64,000 nucleotides of DNA from positions 3,504,741 through 3,568,740 of the forward strand of contig OZ037768.1 in NCBI GenBank assembly GCA_964035545.1, written 5' to 3'. Positions 48,450 through 61,092 of this stretch are shown here, piece after piece (within the stretch, counting starts at the first letter, position 1; every line of letters starts with the position of its first letter). The position numbers were made by a program, and so were the translations under genes. The notes beneath the pieces were generated by a model, which saw nothing but the letters and a program-made list of their open reading frames with translations, searched no databases and had not been told where the DNA came from. The stretch is from Bugula neritina (taxonomy: Eukaryota; Animalia; Bryozoa).

Positions 48450-51400
48450 GCTGTTAAACTATTTAATCAATTTCATAATACACTAATTCTAAAGTCATGA
48501 TCATGATGTAATAGTAGATAGTGATACAGTGAGAAACGTGTCAAGAAAAAGCTATTTAAATTGAAGTTTGGCCATGTTTCCGGTTGATTTGTAACTGTGT
48601 TCTATATTTTTGTGTGGTAGCCCATTGACGAACAGTGCAGCAATCCAAAAATTTGAGGTTGGGTTATCGATTCAAGTATATTTATTTCTAGTTGTTTATG
48701 CAGAACGTTTCAACCAAGTTGGTGGATTAGAAAACTCCAAATAAATTATTCATTCAATCGAAAATTTCATTGAAATCTTCTGATTGCATGACCATAGCAT
48801 TAATTTTTAGATAATGGTCAGTATGTCTGAATACCAGATGTAAATTTTTAATATCTCACATTGCTGTAAAAAGTAGGTTTTGGTAGATGACATTGCTCAT
48901 TATTTGCAAAGCTAAAGCGTTGAGATGCTATGTTTTGCATAATTTAATGTTCTACTTGTAATATAATTAAAGAAATATTTCATTATTAAAAGCATGAACT
49001 TGTAGGTAAATTTAAGCAATAACAGTATCTAATCATGCCTCATATTTATGTTACTAAAAAGTTTCATTTTTGATAGCAAAGCCAATTAAGTGCTTACAGC
49101 ATAGTTTTCAATTATTATTATTATAAGAAATGATGTACCTACACCATTCAAATGTCTATTTTAATGTTAATTTTTGCCAAGCCTCAATCAGCACTGTAAG
49201 AAGCAAAACTGCATGCTATCAGAGTTCAAAATAAGTATGTAATGGGTTTATTCACATATTAAATAACATTTATGTGTCATAATTAGAAGTTGTAATATGT
49301 ATGTTGGCAAGTGATTAATCAATACATAAGTGCATTTCATCATTGTTTCTATATCCAGTGACTTTGTATATATTTTAAAATAATGGTACTTTGCAGCTAG
49401 TATTAGCAGTTAGTATGACTATAATTATCCTAGCTAAACTAATTCTACTCATGAACAATATACTGATGTAATATATACCAAGTTAATTAACTATAGATGT
49501 AGTATTTTCATCTGGGCTAATTCATGGTTTAGAAAATTTCAACAAGCTCAATATATGTGATTAGCATAAGTCTTCATTGCACTACATTATATACTAGGGC
49601 AAAATATGCTGTTACTTGTTGATAAATGTGCTTTGGAAACCTATCTCGTTATATCTTAGTTATCACACTTAAAGTGCAATTCAAATAATGGCTGACAAAA
49701 TAGGCAACTGCTTTTTTAATTCTACTGTGAATAGTTCATTTTGATAAGCTTTTTCAATTATTAAACAAGTACTATAGAAATAATTGACATATTTTTAGAC
49801 CTATCAGTCTGGGTATACTATAAATAGATCTCTATAAATGCTCTAAGGCCTAAGCTGTAATAGTTTTGATAAACATAAATTCCAATAGCTTCATACTATA
49901 TGAGGAAATGGAAAGAACAAGCTATTTCAAGTCAAACTCCAGGTGTTGTAAGTAGTGTGGTTAACCAGCTATAGCGTTGTTATTAAAACAACTCTGAAAG
50001 TATTAAAATAAACACCACTACATAGATATCTACAAATAAAAATACAAACATGAAAAATTATGCATTTATATAAGCACCAGCTTTTTTACCATTTTCGTAT
50101 GTAGATCATTATATTTGAGCAAAACTGGGTTGTATAAACATTATCTTATAGTTAATATGACCTATATATAATATTACGTATCTTTTACATTTTTTCTGTC
50201 AGTAAAATTTCTGTTTTGGTAAGTCACAGACCAAGTCTATTTCTGTGATACAAGGCAATCAAAGGCTCCCCCAACATCTCTCTTACTCTCTACCAGGAAC
50301 TTAGTCTAAATTCCAGACATGGTTGTCTATATCTGCCATTATTATTAGGAAAAAGATATTGCAGCCCATATTTGCAGGTGAAATGCAGCAAGACTCTGGT
50401 TTGGGGTATATGTTTACTGGCAACACTGGATACAGTGTACAGTACATATCCATTTATATGCAGGAGGTGAACCTTTGGCTATTATTACAAGTACACTTGG
50501 AATAGTTGAATGTCATGAACTGATCTAATATTAGTAGCTTATTAGTAATAGAAGACCATTGTATAGCATTTGGTGTGGAGAATGGGGATGATTAACGAAG
50601 AAGTACTAGAAGTAATTGACATTTACTGCCCTAAATAACTAATAATAGGCTTGTTACCAGCTAATATCAAGCCTATAAAGGCACTAAATGCATGAAATGC
50701 TATAGTACAGTCATTCATAGTATACTTACAACTACATAAATGTTATACATGGTATGTACATTCACAGCCCAGCCTTGTTTATGCCCTATGCCAGACAGGT
50801 GGGATAATATTAAGCACAAATTAGTTAGTTATTTGATATTACATAGTAAATAGTTTACAATTAGTTTGGGGTTAGATGTACAGTATAATATAATTGTATA
50901 TATTGGTGTACAGCAAATACCCTAATGCAATTATGCGTTGGCATTTCTGGGAGAAGGGGCAGTAAAGAAGTAAATTTTCAACTATGCTGGCCTGTAACTA
51001 AGTATTGAATAAATATACAAAATATTCAGTGTTTTTGATATTTTCAGGTTTTGTAATGTTTCAACTATCTTTGGCCTATTGCACAGTAAAGAATCACCCT
51101 GAATTATTCTGTTGTTCCAAGAGCCTGTTTATTATTATACTTAGTTTTCTGATCATTGATTCATTTGTATATTTATTTATGCAATCACCTTATCTCATTG
51201 TAATATTATGTACCCAGGTCTGGGTGCATGTCAGCAGCCTGTATGTGTGTATAATTAGATTGATTTGGTATTCGAATATAAAGCCGTTTATACATGTGAT
51301 ATTTATTCCATTAGTTCATTGCAATGTCGAATGGTTAAACTACAAAGTTCTATTTTATTGATAGACAAAATAAACACATGAAAAACAGTTTTGCTTTTCT

Positions 51401-51898
51401 CTATTTTTGTATCCCGTGAACTTTAATATTAGTGCCATCTGAAATACAGTAATTATTATGTAATTAAATATAAATGGTAGACTAATATGTTCATTGTGTT
51501 GCCTATACCTGAAATGTTATATTCATAGCAATCTCACATTTAGAGATAGTGCATCAGCAATTAATAGTGTGTTGTTGCTACCTATATTGGCATCTAAAAG
51601 CTGTGCGTTAGGTACATACTATGCTTGACTAATATTTGATGTTTCTATGGAACGAAACTTAGCAATAATAAATACCAATAAATATATAAATATAGCAACT
51701 AGAGGACATTTTTGGCAGACTATGGTCAAATGTTAGTCATTCGCAGTGACTCACTAGTAGGAACGCATATCCATTGCTGTTCTAAAAATAGCAGTGCTAT
51801 TCTATGAAGAACATTTCCTTGTAATAATATCTATACAACTTTTACAACAGCATTTCATATACCAGTCGTGTGTGTTAGTTTTATTCAATAAATATATT

Positions 51899-53143
51899 TT
51901 ATTCTTCACTATTATAAAATAGTTTGGTTTCAACACTATCGTCACTCATTTGACTAGCAACAAGTCGAAATAAAACTGGACTCACTGTGTTATGAGTTTG
52001 TATAGTCTTGCTCAGGTGTGCATGATTACCATTTCCACAAAAAGATCTTATCAAAATGCTGGTAGATTTGTTTCTCAGCACATAAATGATAGGATTAGTT
52101 ATACAGTCAAGTAGAAGGCATGCAATGGCCAGCCAGTAGTATGAAGATTGTACACCAGATAGTGCTTGTAGAAAAATTATAAAATAAAAAGGAGAAAAAA
52201 CAAAAAATTGTGTAACTAAAACTAAACTTCCCATCTTAGCCGCTTTACGATTGTCCTTGTGTACAATGAGCTGGCCACTAAGTTTCCGTAAACTTGGGCG
52301 TCGTAGAATATTCGTCTGCACGGGATCCTCTTCCTCTTCGCATTTACTGCTCTCCTCGGTTACGGAGCTCGGACTCGCTGGTGGCTGGAAACTGTTACGC
52401 CTGGCCAAAGCTGTTGTATTTTTTGTCGCCAGATAAATAGTCCAGTAAATGTAACAGTTGGCGAGAAGTGGTAGTGGGAAAGCTAAATTTATAATAATCA
52501 GATTGTAGATGACGGCGTTATGTGCTGGAGTGGAAAGGAGGTTGGCGAGGCATATCGATAGATTCTCGTGGTAAACAACAATTTCCCAGTGCGTTAGCTG
52601 AAATAGAGCCGTTATCAACGCCAGTAGTAGAGTGAGTAGAATGAGAAGGACGCAAGTCCTGTGCGTCATCCAACTGGTGTAACGTAGAGATTTCTTTATA
52701 GCAATGTATCTGTCCACTGAGATTAGCAGCGCCATCCACGAAGTGGCTAGCAAATGGGTGACAAATATTATGGATAGCAGAGTGCACCAAATATCTTTCC
52801 TCAATAACCAGTAATGATTGCTGTCAATATTGGCAGTGATTAGAAATACTATCAATACTCCACCTACGATTAGGTTTTCTAAACACAACCCAACTGTAAA
52901 TTTCAAAGATGGACGTCTATTTGATTTCTTCTTATAGATAATGTAAAGAGCTAATACATTACAAGTCACTATCACCCCAAATATGATGGAAAAGCTGACT
53001 ATCCTCAAATCTTTCACGAGTTCAGAAGTCATGTCGACCACATTGTTCTCACTCATATAACCGCTGTCGGAAATGCCTGCTGCTGACAGTCTAGAGTCAG
53101 TTTCCTCTGTTGCGTAAGTGGTATTCGGCATCAGCCCAGTCAT
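51899..53143 (-). CDS. Class A (rhodopsin-like) GPCR with intronless CDS, GPR161-like, 414 aa
   Basis: Seven hydrophobic segments, TM3 Cys (DIWC), ISVDRY motif, ECL2 Cys, TM7 NPIIY. TM2 KFTVGLCLENL has Asn in place of the usual Asp2.50, and the third intracellular loop carries RRNS/RRPS; both resemble GPR161 as I recall it. Orthology was not verified. Confidence 0.85.
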   Translation of the reverse strand: MTGLMPNTTYATEETDSRLSAAGISDSGYMSENNVVDMTSELVKDLRIVSFSIIFGVIVTCNVLALYIIYKKKSNRRPSLKFTVGLCLENLIVGGVLIVFLITANIDSNHYWLLRKDIWCTLLSIIFVTHLLATSWMALLISVDRYIAIKKSLRYTSWMTHRTCVLLILLTLLLALITALFQLTHWEIVVYHENLSICLANLLSTPAHNAVIYNLIIINLAFPLPLLANCYIYWTIYLATKNTTALARRNSFQPPASPSSVTEESSKCEEEEDPVQTNILRRPSLRKLSGQLIVHKDNRKAAKMGSLVLVTQFFVFSPFYFIIFLQALSGVQSSYYWLAIACLLLDCITNPIIYVLRNKSTSILIRSFCGNGNHAHLSKTIQTHNTVSPVLFRLVASQMSDDSVETKLFYNSEE

Positions 53144-55107
53144 TGTTCTCGGGATGCCTTACTGTTTATTCCCCGAAGCATGTCATTTACAAGTTTAGTT
53201 CTTTGATAAGAGCAAAAAATAGAAGACTCTACAATCCTAACAGCCGTCCAAATTTACCCGCTTCGTCTTTGTGTAATTATAGCGAGAATGAATGCCACTA
53301 TCTTGTTACTGTTCTGATAACAGATCCTAACAATGTAGATGCCACTAGTAAATGGACATGTAGCTACAGATAAGCGATGGCTCTTAATTCAATGAAGCGA
53401 ATATTCAAACTGAAACAATACTTATTGCTTTAATCTATTTATATAGCATATGTCTATAAATAGCTTATATTGAACTTGTAGCGTGGCTATCAACGAACTA
53501 TTACTATAGGCTGAATGTTACAACTGTGCCTGTCTACTACGCGAGCTGATCTGACACAGCCAATCAAAGTGAAGTTACAAATCATAATAACTCAAATACT
53601 AATATGCATAGTATGTACCATCTGTGCAGCTTAACTGATAAACTCCCACTTGTAACAACAAATGCTCAGTATTGACTATTGAAGAATGTAATATGCACAG
53701 CTACTCTGTTGTCATACTAGAAGAGTGAAACTCTTGACAGTTCAACTAACGGAGAGTAGTTAAACCATAGGCCTATTGCATTATGGGTAGACGTTATGCA
53801 GTATTCATTCAATAGAAAGTATCTGTTTTTATATTTAATAGAATAGAATTAATTGAATGAACCATTGCAGTGTTTAAAACAGACGCAGTATTTTGTATAA
53901 AAGGAAAATAGTATTCTTTAGCATGAAACACTCATTCATTTCGGCAAAAGCTTGTAAAAATGACAAATGTTGTTTCTTTACTTGATGACACTACCATAAT
54001 GATTAATTATTCCACCATTTCTTGTATTTTTATTATAAATAGAATTACTCCGAGCACAAAAATTGCTTATCACCACAAAAAATACATTTTTAAAACAATT
54101 TCTTTGATCATTTTCCAAGTAAATCATGACTATGCTCCTTTAACCTCTAACTTATATTAATAAGTTTATTTAACCATGTCTTGGTCTGATTAACCAAATA
54201 TTTCTTAATTCTCTTCTCTCATTGTAGTTTTGTGCAAACTAATCTGTCACACTTTTGTACCTAGCCAAACATGAAATAGTAAAATTTATATATTTATATT
54301 ATAAATTATATATTTATAGCTGGTTTTCGTTTTCAAGTTATCCAAAGTGCAAATCTTAAGAATCTGGGAAAATTAAGAGTATCCAATCTCGCGGGACAGC
54401 AGTGCAAACTCATTACATTACATACACATAATTCATGAGATGTGACCTTCTGGGATTTCTGCATGTGCACAACTTGGCAACTTGGCCATCAATTCACTGA
54501 GGACTTGCAACAGGAGCAGAGTTGGTTACATAACCACATGCTGACTGAGGCAGCATCCATATCTATAAATATATAATACATTCCATATTATATAAGGATA
54601 TGCATTGCAATCAATTGATTTCTGGTGCATTTAATTCTCTCAGGCTATATGTAGTCAAGGACACTGGTTAGGTGAGACAGCTACTCCATTACTCTCACAA
54701 AACTCGTGCTGATGTCATCTTACTGCCTGACAGCATTTTCTACAGTTTCAATATTAAACCTAACCTCTCTATAAAATGCATTTAATTAGTTATGATGTTC
54801 TTTTATGTCAAATTAAAAACCTGTGACATACAGAGGTTAGAAACAGCAGTACCAGCATCCTACAATTCATCATCTAGTACATCGCATAATATCATGTAAT
54901 TTATAGTAGCTACAACTTATAAGGGTCTTATATAATTCATTCTTTAGCTGTTACTAAACAATAGGCTATAAAATAGTCACAGTCCTTTCTCTGCCACCAA
55001 ATAGTTCAACGGAGATGCTTAGCCATGATAGGTGTAAGACTGTAGCGCAACATTTCAAAATTAAAAGTTTGGCTACAATTTGATAGTTTATCAACTTATC
55101 CACTTTT

Positions 55108-55151
55108 AATTACAGTCAATAGCGTAATATTTTACGCTATTGACTGTAATT
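55108..55151. repeat. Perfect 20-bp inverted repeat with 4-nt spacer
   Basis: AATTACAGTCAATAGCGTAA-TATT-TTACGCTATTGACTGTAATT. Confidence 0.9.
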
Positions 55152-58100
55152 CTATATGCACCTGCCCCACCACATTACTTAATTATACAAGATATTGTAG
55201 CCTAACGCTACCAGCTTGTCTGTGCAGCATAACAAATCACCAGCTATTTTAATAAGCCTGCCATAATGCAGGAAAATCTGAGAGTAAATTAATTTCATGC
55301 TGGGCCCAAGCCACTTCAAGATTGTAGATTCAGGGTTAGCTAATTATGTTTCTATCCTCTCTTCCTATGTTTCCATAGTTATTCCTCTTCGTAATGATTT
55401 ATACGTGGCTAGGTAAGCAAACGTATGCATGTGTCATCAATTATTAAATCGAGGTCTATTATTATACATAGCTGTATTACTAAACCTACGCCTACTAAAC
55501 GTTGTTGCCATACTTTTCAAGTGCTAAAATTATTTGTACCGGGAAGCATGCATGAAAAATGTTTTATCATACAGCAGATATAACAACTCTAGTAAAACAA
55601 ATTGTTTTATGCTTTTGGCAATAAACACGTGTTAGACTTTCAAAACATTATAATTAATGTTAAAATTTGACCCATATTAACTTTATAAGGGAACATCTAG
55701 GAAGAAGACTGAGATTGGTTTCTCATTGCAACTGTGGTCTATTTCAATAAGCTAGAAGAATCTGGAAGAATCTGAAAGAATTTCTGGAAGATATCACAAT
55801 TAAAAGCAGAAAAGGTGAAACAGACATGCATGCCTTGATTATAAACTTTCTGCCAATTATTGTGTAAACGCACTAATTAGTAATTAGTTAACCAACAATA
55901 ATTAATAACTCTTTAGCAGGTACTAGGTCTTTTTGTGCACTTGGCGATGAGGGAGGGAGGGTGACTACGAGTTCCATTTAATTAAATAAATCTAAATTGA
56001 AAACTAAGACTAGGTCTGGAGAAATATTTAACACGCCCAACATTAATTATTTTAACTCCGAGATTAATGTCTATGTATTTTAGTCCATTAATATTTGATA
56101 ATAACTCTTTTATAAACTAAAAATTAAATAACTTTTGGGATAAATATAGAACTGGCAGACCACTCTTCGGTTTTCAAGTGACAGCAGCATGGAACGGAGA
56201 AAGGAGATGAAATTTGCTTACCATTAATGATCCAACTGTTTCTATTTATAGCCGAAGAAATATTGATTGGAATACTAAGATATCTATTCACACATTTGCT
56301 TGCATAACAAAGAGATCATTCCAACACAAGTTTGTATCTTCTAAGAACGAGAGCTTTTATCCTCCGGGGAAATTTATATGCAGAAAATTATACTTGCATT
56401 CTTGGTACAGCATTGAGTTGGTGCAACATGAAATCTGCTTAAAAGATATAATTTAACTAGCAAAGCTACCAGCTTATATCTGCACACGTTACAGCTCTGT
56501 CTATGCCGGCATTAAAATCAATACAATAACTGCATATGTGAAAATTGGTGATTTTAAGTATGAGAGACAAATCCTCTAAAAATATTGCAGAAATCATAAT
56601 CCACGAAGAGCCTGACAAATTGAGAAATTAAATTGCGTATCTAACTATTCTACTTCTTTTCTATTTAGAGCACCAAGATGTCTAAAGCCCAACAATATTT
56701 ACATTGAAATCTAAAATTGATCAAGAAATATATGAAATAGCAACTTTGGCTTTAGAAAACAATAAATGTATATTCACATTTTGCAACTTCTGTATAGGAA
56801 GAGAGTATAATGCAAACACTACAGTGTGGTGAAGAAAAAGGAGAATTATGTCATACTTTATATTTGACTTTTATCAAGACTTTTTCTTAAGCAACAAATT
56901 TCCAGGTAATTTTGTATGCACAGGTATGTATATATCTCAGTGCCAACACTTGTTTTGTAAACAGCTTTTCACAACTCTAACAGGCATACAATATACTACA
57001 TCCTGGTCACTCTTTTCTATTAATATGTTGGTCATGTTTATACTTTCTAACTCTCTGTGGCCAGTTACAGGGCTACACATGACCTCTATTCAGTCATACG
57101 CTCACATTTTCTGCACTTTGAGTTGTGTAAAAATAATTTACGGAAATATGATAATTATTGTCGCTGTTTTAATCAATCAGTTTTTTTGGGTTTCATCCAA
57201 TAAATATTACCCTGTTAAAGGACGTAAACTGGCGCGATGCTAGAGGAAGTTCAGCTTATGAATTGAACTCCTATATTCACTGAACAAATAATCAGAAAGT
57301 AAAGTTTGATTTGCATTTGGTTGCATGATGTTTCAGCTAAGTTGCTCCACACTGTAAAGATGTGCCTTCAGAGGAGTGCTAGATGCAGAGATAGTGTCAT
57401 AATAAATCTAATTACTCAAATTGTTTCAGCAATTCCTGGGAAAACCTTAGTTACACATCTGCAAGCAATAGGCTGATCACAGCCACTGCTTTGGCTCATT
57501 ATCAACTCCAACTACAACAATAATGACAATAATGACACAAATATATGTGTAACTGCAAAATTATACAAACTATGGTTTATTTTTAGCTACTTATAATGAC
57601 AGTTTTGGCAGAAGAATTCGATAGAATTCCAGTTTCAAAAATCAGTTTAAAAAACTGAAATTCCAGTTTATTTAAAAAATGTGTTTGTTAATCCAAGGAA
57701 GTGAGCATGCCAAGTGATGTCAAAGATTGGCAGTTGCTATGAATAGAATAATGAAGCAGCAGAAGTTGAGGAATCAAGGACAGTTTCATTCAAACTGTTT
57801 TTTATAAAAAGGCAAGGCACTGCAAAACCTCCCATGTTTTCCCAGAGCTCAAAAACAGCACAAATAAAAACAACTTACAATTTATTATGCTGAATCAGTT
57901 ATACATTATAAACCCTGTACTACAAGGTTGATAACATAGACCCTCCTCTTCTCTATACTACCCTCTCCTACCCTCCCCTACCCGCTTTTACCTTCCTTTA
58001 TAGTACTCTCCGCTATCCTTCCCAAAACCCTCTCCCACCATCACCTCCCTTGCCCTTGCATATACTTTGTTTTGCAACTTTTTAGTTGCACCCTTTCATC

Positions 58101-59016
58101 GATTTGTAGTAAAAATTGCTGATGCAAGCATAAGGTGATTTTTGTGTATACATAGTATGACACTTTGGCCGATAGTAATTAACCTGTGGTTACTGATGGG
58201 AAAGTTGTAATGAGTGTTGTAATAGATTGCAAGTATGCAATGATGAAAAATATTATGTCTAATATACATTTTTTCCTCATGGCACCAGAGATCCATCTAC
58301 TATTAGCGTTTCCCAAAGATGCAATATTCTCAGCTGTCAAACAAATCTCCTTTTCACTCTCTTCATGTAAGGCAGCTGAAGCACCCACGCTGCAGAAAGT
58401 CTTAGATACTCATTAATTCTGTGTTGCTTCATGCAGTTCTAAAAATAGATTGGAAGAGACCCCCCTTGACTGTTATATATGACAGCCGATCAAGTATTAT
58501 TCCCTAGCATGCTGCTAAAAAGTAACCATTTCTTTTGGTAACTTTTAATCACATCTTATAGATGAATGAAATTTTTTCAGACCTCTCAAGGTGTACAATT
58601 GGCATCAAAATATAATTTCTAGGAACATGACAAGTCACTAGAGTATTTTCTCAACTTGTTAGTTTGTTTTTGTTTGTATTTTCTGTTGGATAGATTATAT
58701 GTTTTTTAAACAGATTATGATTAACGTCATCAGAGCTGTACAAAACACAATAACACTACATCACAGGGCTTACCTACGTAGATTGGAGAATTTACCTGCA
58801 TCATCTACGTGGATAAAAGAGGCTTACTTTATGGCTACAAGCAGCTGAACACAACTACTAAAGAGAACCAGTCGGTCACTAAACCGGATATGTATGTCTT
58901 CAAGGAACTCATTAATCATAACACAATACGATAGTTTGACTTGGTGTGTGTGTATAATTGTTAGTATAGTATGCAACACCTCCAGCTGTGATCTATGACG
59001 CTTTTAGATTCCTTAC

Positions 59017-59140
59017 CTTGTGTTGTATATTTCAGTAAGCGTAGGGCCACACGGGCATATTTTCGCAGACAAAAATTCGCACCACAAGTAGAAAAAGGTG
59101 TCCACTGTACACGAATTTCACTCGTTGAGAATGCTGAACG
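59017..59140 (-). other. Putative non-coding first exon of the GPCR gene
   Basis: CpG-containing patch ending in a strong minus-strand donor AAG|GTAAGG (59016). The GPCR coding exon has an acceptor TTGTTTCAG at 53410-53411, 266 nt upstream of its ATG. Confidence 0.4.
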
Positions 59141-60944
59141 AAAAGTTCAAGTATTTTATGTCATTGTTACTTAATTGGCTGGTAGTTATTTAGCGAGCCC
59201 ATTTTTCTTAATTTAGTGTTACATTTCACTAAATTGCGTTTTATTGAAAGCGAGTGAGATTTAAAAATGATAATTTAATTTATTCCGCTCATGTAGCCAT
59301 GGAGACAAGGCAAGCAGTAAAGTTAAACGCAAATATTATTAGCTAGTAGTTTTTCGCTATCACTGACTGAACGTTGTGTCAAGAAGGCTTGGACCCCGTT
59401 TTTGGCATAGGGACAAAATTGTTGAATTTAACAGATCAATGCATTGAGTTAATAAATCTAGTAGGCCTATTCTATTATGTCTTGAGGTTTCGGGACCCAT
59501 AACTTAGTGAAATATGGAGAGACTTCTTCCATATGGTTATATGTTATATAGATTGGGATCTAGTGTATAAAAACGTGCTGGTAGTGCGTATAGACTAACT
59601 CTAACTGTACCCTTATGTGTACCCTTATCAGCTTGTTTACTGCCAGCATATTATAAGAAATATTAACACATTAAAATGGAAAACATAAATCAGAGATTGT
59701 AAACACAGACTAATATAAGACCATCAAGGAGCTGGTTCACAATTAGTTAGGTAGGCCTACTAGTAATACAATTACAGTTAAAGAGTATTTAGCATGCTTG
59801 TGAACTTGAAATTTTATCTGTTACACTCACTACAGTTTAAGAGTCGGCCAATACTGATAATTTATGTTATAGTTTGATTGAATACAGTTAGCTACAACCT
59901 ACAGTAATGAAAAAAATTCATTATATATGCAAATAGCATGTATATGCAACAGGTCATTTAACATATTTAAGCAAATATTATTTGAATAATTATAAGATTT
60001 TGAATTGATTTCGATGAAAAAGTAAGACAAGAAGTCTAAAATTTTAAATATATGTAATTTACCATTTTTAATGTAACTTACTATTGCATACCTTTATAAT
60101 GCAATTACTCAAGTTCACAGTTTATTTTCTCTAATTTCACTCATTAAATTTTTGGCCCCTGTCAACTTTTTTTATGCTTTGGAGTTGTACTTTATGTTTT
60201 AGTAAATGTTAAGGCATACTAAAGCAATGCAACGAAGAAAAAAAATGTTAGTAGAAAATATTAGTTAATGCTAAATGTGCATCCTTAGAACACTTTTACC
60301 TTTCTATATATCATGTAGGCTCATTTCTATGGGTATATATTGATGTTTATTAAATTCTAAACATTTTAAAGATTAAGCAGAAAAGGAGACCTTGAAACTA
60401 TAAAATAGTAAGCATTAGCAATATTACTTGCTTCATAAGTTTTGTATTTGTACTTCTTAACCAGCTATTTTATCAAATTGATTTGCATACATTATATGTA
60501 TACGCCTACGTGTCTATAACCTCGTCTCTGTGCATCCCCTTTGACATCTGGCTGAGCATCTGTCAGGCTTGTTGTCATAAACCGGGTAGCTGATGGCATG
60601 AGACTAAGTCTCTAGCCTTCTATCTAGTCATCGGTTGTAGGCAGTTCAGTAGGTTTATCTTTGATTCATCTATTTTTCCACTTTTTGCTTTAAACCCACT
60701 TAATTCATTTCGATATTAGTCAAAACAAGTGATATATAGGTGATTCGCTATTTATGATTTTAAATTTGAAATCAAACATTAGTATGCAAAATTTTAACAA
60801 AAAATGCCGTGTTGGCAGAGCAATTTGGAGGCATGTTACAGAGTTGCATAATGTCAACTGATGGAGAAGTTTGAGCTTACTAGCTGACATCAAGTTGGAC
60901 AAAAGTAAAATACTTGTTTGGTTAGAAAAATATGTTGAAATTGG

Positions 60945-61092
60945 GTAATGGTAATGGTAATGATAATGGTAATGGCAATGGTAATGGTAATGGCAATGAT
61001 ACTAATAATTATAATAGTAACAATATTGGTAATAATGATGGCAATATTAGTAATGCAATAGTAATGGTAATGGCAATGATAATGATAATGCA
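60945..61092. repeat. Degenerate hexamer microsatellite (GGTAAT/GGCAAT/GATAAT)n
   Basis: Visible 6-bp periodic tract. Confidence 0.85.

Noticed and set aside
58096-58640. Short ORFs and transposon-like sequence
   Set aside because: No recognisable domain, termini or splice structure; may be a decayed repeat but cannot be supported.
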